This document shows, one piece after another, positions 20,720 through 28,856 of a stretch of 64,000 nucleotides of DNA. Source of the DNA: an uncultured bacterium (GTDB lineage: Bacteria; JAGOEH01). The stretch lies in NCBI GenBank assembly GCA_964632485.1, contig CAZWDO010000008.1, positions 62,001 to 126,000 on the forward strand. Reading direction: 5' to 3'. A program made the translations under genes and the position numbers. The notes under the pieces are model-generated. The model did no database searches and had not been told where the DNA came from. It saw nothing but the letters and a program-made list of their open reading frames with translations. Numbering within the stretch: position 1 is the first letter of the stretch; every line of letters starts with the position of its first letter.

Positions 20720-22171
20720 TTAGATAATTTCAGCGTGCTTGCAGACGATTTCGATACAACGGACTAAACCCTGCAACGCGTAACGCATGGTTTGCTTATC
20801 CAGATTGCCATGGGCGTCGGTGGTTCCCAGTCCGGGGGAGATGAAAATATTGGCATCATAAGCGATTGTCGGAACAATTCCCATAACGGCGCAACCGTCC
20901 TGGAACAAATTGGAGTTGGCATACATATCTTCAATTGAAAAAACGGGAATCCCGCTTTGATTGCCGTTCCAGGAGGATTCATAGTTGATTTCAACTGTCC
21001 CTGAATTGTATGATTTATTGATGATGAAATGGTGGCGGATTTTAGAATCGATTTTTGCGAATTCTTCTTTAACCAGATCGTAGAGATCATCAATGGGTTT
21101 TTTTAGAAGGTGGGGTTCGGTTTTGATGATTCTGAGCGCTTCAACAACGCCACTGAGGGCTTCTTTGCCCGGGTCCATGGTAACGTAAGCGGCCTTTCCA
21201 TAGGAACTGGTGCTACCGCTACGGGCGCCATGCAATCCTAAGGCCCGACGAATCGGCACCATAGCTTCTTCAGTACCGAGGATCAGCGAAGCTGTGGGAG
21301 CCCAGGAGGCCTTATCCAGGCTGAAACACATCACATCGGCGCCGGTTTCTTTGATGCTGGTTCCGATGAAAGGTATTCCCCAGGCATTATCGATAACGTA
21401 GGGTACGTTAAATTTTTTAGCTAATTCGGCAATCCCTTTAATCAGGCGGGGAGTGCCTTTTTCATCCTTATCAGCATATCCGTAACCCGGAGTGTCATAG
21501 CCCAGAGATGAAAATCCGCTGAGCATCTCCTGATGACGCATGGCGTTTTCTTCCAAAATTTTCAGGGATTCATCGACTTTTACGCCAGTCAGAAAGGGCA
21601 CCGGATGGTATTTGATACCGTGGACAGGATATTGAGCTCCGGCCAGAGGGACAATCACGGTATCCAGATTGTTTTGGCGTTTGCCGTAAAAGCCAAGTTC
21701 GCCGGCGGTAACGCCGCGATCAGCCAGGATGTCTTTATATTTGGGAGGGAAAGGACGCCCATAAGCGCCATGATGATGCAAATGTTTCTCGTAAGGGGTG
21801 ATGTAGCGGGTACGGTAATTATCCCCTCGACCCAAATTCGGTGGAGTGAACAGGCAATCAAAGGAAACCCACATACTGCCTTCGCACGTATTGGAAACGG
21901 CGGCATCATATTCGTCGCCATAGACGTCTTTGACTAATTCACGGACCTGATCAATATAATAGTTGAGTCCGACACATTTTTTCGCTTCTTCATTCATGAC
22001 CTTTTCAATGCGTTCTTTCAAGGGGGAAGGCATTCCGGAAATAGCGCCGGTCAAACCAAATTTTCCGCGTTTTTCCGCGGGAATACCGATTTCATCCGCA
22101 GCCTTTTTCAGTTCTTCATAAATGGCGGCTTTCTCTTTCTGCAGTTTCGTGTACATCTGAAACTTATGCAT
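20720..22171 (-). CDS. Uncharacterised fold-type-I PLP-dependent enzyme, SelA/DgaE-like
   Basis: VIDNAWG (PLP Asp) and GADVMCFSLDKASWAPTASLILG (Schiff-base Lys), resembling SelA GADLVxFSGDK; AAGGAG RBS. Confidence 0.65.
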   Translation of the reverse strand: MHKFQMYTKLQKEKAAIYEELKKAADEIGIPAEKRGKFGLTGAISGMPSPLKERIEKVMNEEAKKCVGLNYYIDQVRELVKDVYGDEYDAAVSNTCEGSMWVSFDCLFTPPNLGRGDNYRTRYITPYEKHLHHHGAYGRPFPPKYKDILADRGVTAGELGFYGKRQNNLDTVIVPLAGAQYPVHGIKYHPVPFLTGVKVDESLKILEENAMRHQEMLSGFSSLGYDTPGYGYADKDEKGTPRLIKGIAELAKKFNVPYVIDNAWGIPFIGTSIKETGADVMCFSLDKASWAPTASLILGTEEAMVPIRRALGLHGARSGSTSSYGKAAYVTMDPGKEALSGVVEALRIIKTEPHLLKKPIDDLYDLVKEEFAKIDSKIRHHFIINKSYNSGTVEINYESSWNGNQSGIPVFSIEDMYANSNLFQDGCAVMGIVPTIAYDANIFISPGLGTTDAHGNLDKQTMRYALQGLVRCIEIVCKHAEII

Positions 22172-22242
22172 TACGACTCCTTTCGTTCTGTTTTATCAGT
22201 AAGGGGGTTACAAAAACCAAACATATTTCATTTCGTTTCAGG

Positions 22243-22695
22243 TCAGACCGCGCGTCCGCTAAAATAGACCCGATGCCCAAGCTGGGCATCCAGTTTTCTT
22301 CCTGAAGAGCGGGATAAGTGACGGATAACAACATTGAGATGGTTAGGATAGTGGGTTTCATCAAAACCACAAATCTGTCCGATGGGTTCTCCGTTAAGCG
22401 TCACTGAATCACCGACCAGTAAAACGCCACCAGCTAACATTTCAAAAAATCCGATATATGCAATTTTATTGACAATTCCACCTAATTCAACACTTTCTTC
22501 ATCAGTCATAATCATTTCGATGACTTCATATTGACGCACAACGCGCGATGGCTGTTTAATGATCATTAATCCCCTGTTATCCAATTCGCCCTGTAATACA
22601 ACGACCATTTGGCCATGCAGTACGGTTTTTTGAAAATAAAAATCAGTGGCAACCAACTTGTTTGCATACGGATCATTGACAGTTTCAGGTGACAT
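22243..22695 (-). CDS. Conserved small hypothetical protein (recalled as DUF6917-like, unverified)
   Basis: AAGGAG before the ATG at 22695; motif GFDETHYPNHLNVV; co-oriented with the PLP enzyme. Confidence 0.55.
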   Translation of the reverse strand: MSPETVNDPYANKLVATDFYFQKTVLHGQMVVVLQGELDNRGLMIIKQPSRVVRQYEVIEMIMTDEESVELGGIVNKIAYIGFFEMLAGGVLLVGDSVTLNGEPIGQICGFDETHYPNHLNVVIRHLSRSSGRKLDAQLGHRVYFSGRAV

Positions 22696-22804
22696 ACCAT
22701 GCTTCTCCTTTCTATACGTCCCGGTCAGCCTAAGATTAATAAATTTACCCTTTAAAGTCAAGCGATTTTTTGTCAAAAAGCTGAGCTGAATCGAAAAAAA
22801 TCAC

Positions 22805-22831
22805 TTGACAATTAAAGGTTTTTGTTATTAT
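22805..22831 (+). promoter_or_regulatory. sigma70-type promoter (extended -10) upstream of the Trx-CcdA/ileS gene run
   Basis: TTGACA at 22805-22810; TGT-TATTAT at 22823-22831. Confidence 0.55.
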
Positions 22832-22836
22832 TTATA

Positions 22837-22967
22837 GGGGCTTGCTATTTTGAGGGAGCCTGTACGACAGAAAAATTTTATTGGCAGGTGGCGTTATCTC
22901 CGTATTTTTTGGATTCTATCAGGAATAGCGCGCCTTAAAGGCTGCATTGATTGTAATTGTGTTCCCC
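22837..22967 (+). ncRNA. Candidate structured RNA or leader (rod-like, 6S-like topology but short)
   Basis: Starts just after the promoter; 5' GGGG pairs with 3' CCCC, AGCC/GGCT, A-rich internal loop, AGGTGGCGTTAT/ATAGCGCGCCT stem. Confidence 0.3.
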
Positions 22968-23002
22968 AAAGTGAATATAATGAATTAGATTAAGGAGATA
23001 AT

Positions 23003-24526
23003 ATGCTCAGTAAAATTATGTTTTGGTTATTGGTGCTAATCCCGATGGGATTACAGGCCGGCCCCAAGTTAAAATTATATTTTTTTTACCGCCCCGAATG
23101 TGAAAACTGTCAGTTTGTGAAAGATAGTGTTTTGCCACAAGTTAATCAAGATTTTTCGGGTCGGTTGGAATATCTTTGGTTGAATGTTGACGAACCGGAT
23201 ATTTATAAGCGATTGACGAGGATAGAAACTTATTGGCAGCTTCCCGAAAGCGATTATCCGATTATTTTTTTTTCCGATACGGTGCTTGGTAGCCGGGAAG
23301 AAGTGGAACCCTCGCTTTATCGTTTAATCCAAACAAAGCTGGATGCCGGGTTGTTTGAAATTGTCGATTCCCAGTTACTGGAAATATTAAACGGCGATAT
23401 ACCCGCTTCCATGGCTGAATCCTCCGCTGAAACGGTAACAGCCCATAAACCGATCAACATGATTTATTTCACGAATCCAAAATGTAAGAAATGCTCACGG
23501 GTCGAGCAAACTTTGGAGTTATTAACCGAACGCTACCCGGCATTGACAATTCAACGCTTCAATGATAAAGAACCGGAAAATATTCGTTTATTATTGGCTT
23601 TTGATAAGCTTTATCAGGTGGATAGCTCCCAATATCTGATCACACCGGCGTTGTTTGTCGGGGATAGCGCTTTAGTGGGAGATGATGCCAGGGATCAACG
23701 CATCCAGGCCTTGTTTGCCCATTACGCGTCTATTGGCGCCGCCAACCGTTTGCCGGAAGCGCAGCGGATGCTGGAGAGCCAGGAAGATGATTTGATTCGT
23801 CGTTTTGAAAGCTTCGGGATTGCCGCGATAGTTTTAGCCGGTCTTTTCGATGGGATCAATCCTTGCGCCTTTACCACTATTATTTTTTTTATTTCCTATC
23901 TGGGTTATTTAGGTCGGAAAAAAAGAGATATGCTTATTGTGGGTACTACGTTTACTTTTTCTGTGTTTTTGACCTATTTTTTGATCGGACTGGGTACGCT
24001 CAAGATATTGATTTACTTGCAAATTTTTTCACTGATCTCCCGTATCATTATCGGCGCTACCGGTTTATTAGCTGTTGTTCTATCGCTTATTTCCATGTAT
24101 AATTATTATAAGGTCAAAAAAGGATCGGCGAATGAAATCGCGCTTCAGCTCCCGGATCGTATAAAGCAACGAATCCATCGGGTAATCCGGGAAAAATCCC
24201 GTTCGAGCCATATCATCATCGGCGCTTTCGTTATTGGCTTTTTTGTGTCGATTTTTGAACTGGCGTGCACGGGACAAGTTTATTTGCCTACCATTACGTT
24301 TGTTGTGCATCATCCCGCATATCAGATGAGAGCCGTCTCGCTGCTGTTTTTATATAATCTGTTGTTTATTGTGCCTTTGATTGTCATTTTCCTTTTTTCC
24401 TATTGGGGCATGACATCGGATAAAATGGCTATAGTATGGAAAAATAAACTGGAATATATTGAAATAGTTTTGGCAATTGTTTTTCTTTTTTTAGGGGGAT
24501 GGTTAATCTATTCTGTAATTATTTAA
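23003..24526 (+). CDS. CcdA/DsbD-beta-type membrane disulfide reductase with two N-terminal thioredoxin-like domains
   Basis: Signal peptide; CxxC motifs CENC and CKKC; TM domain with GINPCAF and ELACTGQVY. Confidence 0.8.
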   Translation: MLSKIMFWLLVLIPMGLQAGPKLKLYFFYRPECENCQFVKDSVLPQVNQDFSGRLEYLWLNVDEPDIYKRLTRIETYWQLPESDYPIIFFSDTVLGSREEVEPSLYRLIQTKLDAGLFEIVDSQLLEILNGDIPASMAESSAETVTAHKPINMIYFTNPKCKKCSRVEQTLELLTERYPALTIQRFNDKEPENIRLLLAFDKLYQVDSSQYLITPALFVGDSALVGDDARDQRIQALFAHYASIGAANRLPEAQRMLESQEDDLIRRFESFGIAAIVLAGLFDGINPCAFTTIIFFISYLGYLGRKKRDMLIVGTTFTFSVFLTYFLIGLGTLKILIYLQIFSLISRIIIGATGLLAVVLSLISMYNYYKVKKGSANEIALQLPDRIKQRIHRVIREKSRSSHIIIGAFVIGFFVSIFELACTGQVYLPTITFVVHHPAYQMRAVSLLFLYNLLFIVPLIVIFLFSYWGMTSDKMAIVWKNKLEYIEIVLAIVFLFLGGWLIYSVII

Positions 24527-24537
24527 TTTAAGAGAAA

Positions 24538-25644
24538 TTGAAGGTGAACGACATGAACAAAATCCAGCTTGGCGACCGAATTGAAGGTAAAATTATCTAT
24601 CTAAGTGAAGAGTTTATTTTCGTTGATTTAGGTTTAAAAACCGATGGTATTTTACCCTGTAAGGAATTGAACTCGGAACAGCAAGCGCAGGCGTTGAAAA
24701 TCGGAGATAGTGTCACGGCTTATATAACCAAAATCGGTGATGGGAGCATTGAATTAAGCCAGGTTTTAAATCGAAAAAATAGCTCTGATAATATGTTAAA
24801 GCAAGCTTATGACAATAAAATTCCGTTAAAAGGGCGTTTTATAAATACCGTAAAAGGGGGGATGCGCGTTCAAATTGCCGGGAAGCCGGCTTTTTGCCCC
24901 TTTTCCCAGTTAGATATCGCTCGTATTGAAAATACGGATCAATTAGTTGGAATGGACTCCTGTTTTATTATTATGGAATACGAATCGAGACCGGTCAATC
25001 TGATTGTTTCCCGTAAGGAATATTTGTTGAAAGAAGGATATTCGCGCTGGCAGAATTTTATGAAAGAATGGGAAAAAAATCGGGATAATTTATTTGAAGG
25101 CAAAATTTACCGTATTTTGGATAATGGGATTTTAGTGGAACTGCAGCCGATGGTCATCGCTTTTTTGCCTGCCGGTGAATGTCCTCTTTCTTCCCGTTCG
25201 TCGAAGCTGAGTGATGAATACCAACCAGGGGATACGCTGAGCGTGAAGGTCCTCAGAATAACTCTTGATCCGGCAAAATCCAGCGCTTTGTTGTCCATGC
25301 AGAAAAAACAGCAGCTTGATTGGAACGAACTTTTAGAATTATACCCAAGCGGTAAGATTCTCCAGTGCCAGATAGATCGGCCCGTAAAAAATGGTCTGGT
25401 AGTTGTTTTTGACGATCATCTGATGGGATTGCTGCCTCAAAAAGATATTAGCGAACAATCGGATATCAGCAATAAGGAACTACGCTCCGGTTGTTTGATC
25501 GATTTGAAAATTGTCAATATCGATCCGGTTAATCGCCAGATTCTGTTTACATTTCCCAATGAAAGCGATCGTGAAGACTGGCGTCAATATGCCCCGACTC
25601 AAACCGCCGGGTACCACCCATTCCGAAATTTGAAACAGGATTAA
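24538..25644 (+). CDS. S1-domain RNA-binding protein (short RpsA-like, about 4 S1 repeats)
   Basis: GDRIEGKI...FVDLGLKTDG, GGMRVQI...AFCPFSQLD and further degenerate S1 repeats. Confidence 0.75.
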   Translation: MKVNDMNKIQLGDRIEGKIIYLSEEFIFVDLGLKTDGILPCKELNSEQQAQALKIGDSVTAYITKIGDGSIELSQVLNRKNSSDNMLKQAYDNKIPLKGRFINTVKGGMRVQIAGKPAFCPFSQLDIARIENTDQLVGMDSCFIIMEYESRPVNLIVSRKEYLLKEGYSRWQNFMKEWEKNRDNLFEGKIYRILDNGILVELQPMVIAFLPAGECPLSSRSSKLSDEYQPGDTLSVKVLRITLDPAKSSALLSMQKKQQLDWNELLELYPSGKILQCQIDRPVKNGLVVVFDDHLMGLLPQKDISEQSDISNKELRSGCLIDLKIVNIDPVNRQILFTFPNESDREDWRQYAPTQTAGYHPFRNLKQD

Positions 25645-25660
25645 CGCTGAAGGAGTCAAT

Positions 25661-28600
25661 ATGTTTCAGGAGACAAACAATAAAATATCATTTAACGAAT
25701 TGGAAGAAGGCATCCTTAAATTTTGGGAAGGGCATCAGATATTTGAAAAATCCCTCAAATTAAGGGAAGATGCGGAAGAGTTTGTTTTTTATGATGGGCC
25801 GCCATTCGCCACAGGCCTGCCCCATTATGGACATTTACTGGCAGGTACTTTAAAGGATATTATCCCACGCTATCAAACCATGCGCGGGCATTATGTGGAA
25901 CGGCGTTTCGGATGGGATTGCCATGGATTACCAGTGGAATATGAAATGGAAAAGGAACTCAATTTAAGTGGTAAACGTGAAATAGAGAGTTACGGCATTG
26001 ATCGCTTCAATGAATCGTGCCGGAGTATCGTTTTACGTTATACAGCGGAATGGGAAAAAACGGTTCGCCGCATGGGTCGGTGGGTCGATTTTAAACATGA
26101 CTACAAGACGATGGATTTGGCATACATGGAATCGATCTGGTGGGTTTTTAGCGAACTCTGGCAGCGCGGTCTTATCTATGAAGGCTATAAGGTTCTGCCC
26201 TATTGCCCCCGTTGCGCTACCCCTTTATCAAATTTTGAGACTAATCAAGGATATCGGGAAGTAACTGATCCCGCAATTACGGTTCGTTTCACTGTTAAAA
26301 ATCAATCGCGCACTCATTTTTTAGCCTGGACAACCACTCCCTGGACGTTGCCTTCCAATCTGGCATTAGCGGTAGGGGCTTCCATCGAATATGTTAAGAT
26401 AAAGGATCAAGATGAGTATTATATTATGGCTAAGGACCGTTTGAGCTCATATTATCGGCATGTGGAAGAATATGAAATCATCGAACGATTTCAAGGAGGG
26501 CAACTGGTTGGGATGGAATATGAGCCCTTATTCCCCTATTTCGCGGATTGGCGGTCACATGGAGCATTCCGTGTCGTCAGCGCTGAATTTGTATCGACTG
26601 AAGACGGTACCGGAATTGTACATATCGCCCCGGCTTTTGGGGAGGATGATTTTAATGTGTGCCGCGAAAACGGCATTCCCGTGGTTATGCCGGTGGATGA
26701 TGAAGGAAAATTTACATCGCAAACGCCGGAATATAATGGGGAATTCGTGAAGGATGCCGATCCCCATATTATTAAACGCCTGAAAGATGAAGGAAAATTA
26801 GTTAAACGTGAACAGGTTCACCATAATTATCCGCATTGCTGGCGCTGTGATAGCCCTTTGATCTATCGGGCTATATCCACCTGGTTTGTCCGGGTTGACC
26901 TCATTAAAGCGAAAATGTTAACATCAAATCAGGAAATCAATTGGGTGCCTGCCCACTTGAAAGAAGGGCGTTTCGGTAAATGGTTAGAAAACGCCCGGGA
27001 TTGGGCGATTAGCCGTAATCGCTATTGGGGAACTCCTATCCCGATTTGGCGTTGCGGATGCGGAGAAACATTAGTGGTCGGCAGCGTGGAAGAGTTGAAA
27101 CTCAAAAGCGGGGTAACTCTGACCGATCTGCATAAACATTTTGCCGATAAAGTGACCATCCCCTGTCCCGCTTGCCAGAAACCAATGAACCGCATCCCCG
27201 AAGTGTTTGACTGCTGGTTTGAATCCGGTTCAATGCCTTATGCCCAAAATCATTATCCCTTTGAACACAAACAAAAATTTGAACAGCATTTCCCGGCAGA
27301 TTTTATTGCTGAAGGACTTGATCAAACCCGGGGTTGGTTCTATACTCTGATTGTCTTGTCTTCCGCTTTGTTCGGTCGTCCGGCATTTAAAAATGTCATC
27401 GTTAATGGTTTGATACTGGCTGAAGACGGCAAAAAAATGAGTAAACGACTGAAAAACTATCCTGACCCTGAATATTTGATTCAAACTTATGGGGCGGATG
27501 CTTTACGGTTATATTTTGTGAGTTCACCCGTGGTCAAGGCCGAAGATCTGCGTTTCACTGAGGAAGGCGTCAGGGAGATTCTGCGAACCGTTATAATCCC
27601 CCTTTGGAATGCCTATTCATTCCTGGCTACCTATGCGGGGATCGATCGCTGGCAGCCCGACCTAGCCCAGTTAACCGTTTCCAACCATCAGTTGGATCGC
27701 TGGATTATCTCCGCTATGAATCGGTTGCTTGAAGAATTGACGGGTTTTCTGGATCAATATGATTTGCAGCGCTCAATCGGGCCCATGTTAGCGTTTATAG
27801 ACCAACTGACTAATTGGTATATACGCAGATCCCGTCGGCGTTTCTGGAAATCGGAAAATGATCGGGATAAAGAATCCGCTTATTCGACGTTATATTATAT
27901 TTTACTAAACCTCAGTAAAGTAATGGCGCCATTCATCCCCTTTATGGCTGAAATGATCTATCAGAATTTACGGACAGAGGAAATGCCGGAAAGCGTTCAT
28001 CTTTGTGATTTTCCTCTCACCAATTCCCAATTAAGGGATTTTCATCTGGAACAAAAAATGCAACTGGCGCAGCGCGCTGTTTCCATGGGCAGGGCTTTGC
28101 GAACCAAGCATAATCTTAAAATCCGTCAATCCTTGAAATATATCCACCTGATCACAACGGATGAGCTGGAACGTTTTATCCTTGCTGAATTAGACGATCT
28201 GATTAAAGAGGAATTAAATGTAAGGGAACTGGTTTTCGATGAAAATGAATCCGCTTTGGTCATGTATTCGGCAAAAGCGGATTTTAAAAAATTGGGCCCC
28301 CGCTATGGCGCGAATATGAAAGCCCTGGCCGGTTTTATCCAAAACCTGAGTTCTCAGAGTATCGGTGATTTATTAAAAGGCAATTCATTGCAGACAACTA
28401 TCCAGGGCCAGGCTATAGAATTAACCGGCGCTGATCTGGTTATCAATCGCGTGGAAAAAGAAGGCTTGATAATTGAAAATGAGGGAACTCTGACTGTCGT
28501 TCTCGATACACATTTGTCTCAGGAATTGATCGAAGAAGGACTTATCCGTGAATTGGTTCACCAGATACAAAATTTACGAAAAGATAATCAATTTGAAGTG

Positions 28601-28786
28601 AGCGACCGGATCCGGATTCGCTATAAAGCGACAGAAAAATTGAACGGGGCTATCGAAAAACTGCTTGATTATTTAAAAAATGAAGTCCTTGCAACGGATT
28701 TAGTTGAAGATGAGGCCGCCTTAACAGCCGCTGAAATTTCAGTGAATGATGAAAAAATCCGATTGATCCTGGAAAAATCTTCCTAA
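25661..28786 (+). CDS. ileS: Isoleucine--tRNA ligase, type 2
   Basis: DGPPFATGLPHYGH, GWDCHGLP, WTTTPWTL, DWAISRNRYWG, KMSKR; C-terminus lacks the IleRS1 Zn finger. Confidence 0.97.
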   Translation: MFQETNNKISFNELEEGILKFWEGHQIFEKSLKLREDAEEFVFYDGPPFATGLPHYGHLLAGTLKDIIPRYQTMRGHYVERRFGWDCHGLPVEYEMEKELNLSGKREIESYGIDRFNESCRSIVLRYTAEWEKTVRRMGRWVDFKHDYKTMDLAYMESIWWVFSELWQRGLIYEGYKVLPYCPRCATPLSNFETNQGYREVTDPAITVRFTVKNQSRTHFLAWTTTPWTLPSNLALAVGASIEYVKIKDQDEYYIMAKDRLSSYYRHVEEYEIIERFQGGQLVGMEYEPLFPYFADWRSHGAFRVVSAEFVSTEDGTGIVHIAPAFGEDDFNVCRENGIPVVMPVDDEGKFTSQTPEYNGEFVKDADPHIIKRLKDEGKLVKREQVHHNYPHCWRCDSPLIYRAISTWFVRVDLIKAKMLTSNQEINWVPAHLKEGRFGKWLENARDWAISRNRYWGTPIPIWRCGCGETLVVGSVEELKLKSGVTLTDLHKHFADKVTIPCPACQKPMNRIPEVFDCWFESGSMPYAQNHYPFEHKQKFEQHFPADFIAEGLDQTRGWFYTLIVLSSALFGRPAFKNVIVNGLILAEDGKKMSKRLKNYPDPEYLIQTYGADALRLYFVSSPVVKAEDLRFTEEGVREILRTVIIPLWNAYSFLATYAGIDRWQPDLAQLTVSNHQLDRWIISAMNRLLEELTGFLDQYDLQRSIGPMLAFIDQLTNWYIRRSRRRFWKSENDRDKESAYSTLYYILLNLSKVMAPFIPFMAEMIYQNLRTEEMPESVHLCDFPLTNSQLRDFHLEQKMQLAQRAVSMGRALRTKHNLKIRQSLKYIHLITTDELERFILAELDDLIKEELNVRELVFDENESALVMYSAKADFKKLGPRYGANMKALAGFIQNLSSQSIGDLLKGNSLQTTIQGQAIELTGADLVINRVEKEGLIIENEGTLTVVLDTHLSQELIEEGLIRELVHQIQNLRKDNQFEVSDRIRIRYKATEKLNGAIEKLLDYLKNEVLATDLVEDEAALTAAEISVNDEKIRLILEKSS

Positions 28787-28856
28787 TTTGGTTAAAGTTT
28801 CCTTTTTTAAAGGTCGATATTTTTAGAAAAGGAAACCAATTAACCCGGGGGATTGC

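Noticed and set aside
20720-22171. Assignment as true selenocysteine synthase selA
   Set aside because: Only the PLP-site pattern is similar; no selB, selD or tRNA-Sec nearby and the N-terminus is unlike SelA
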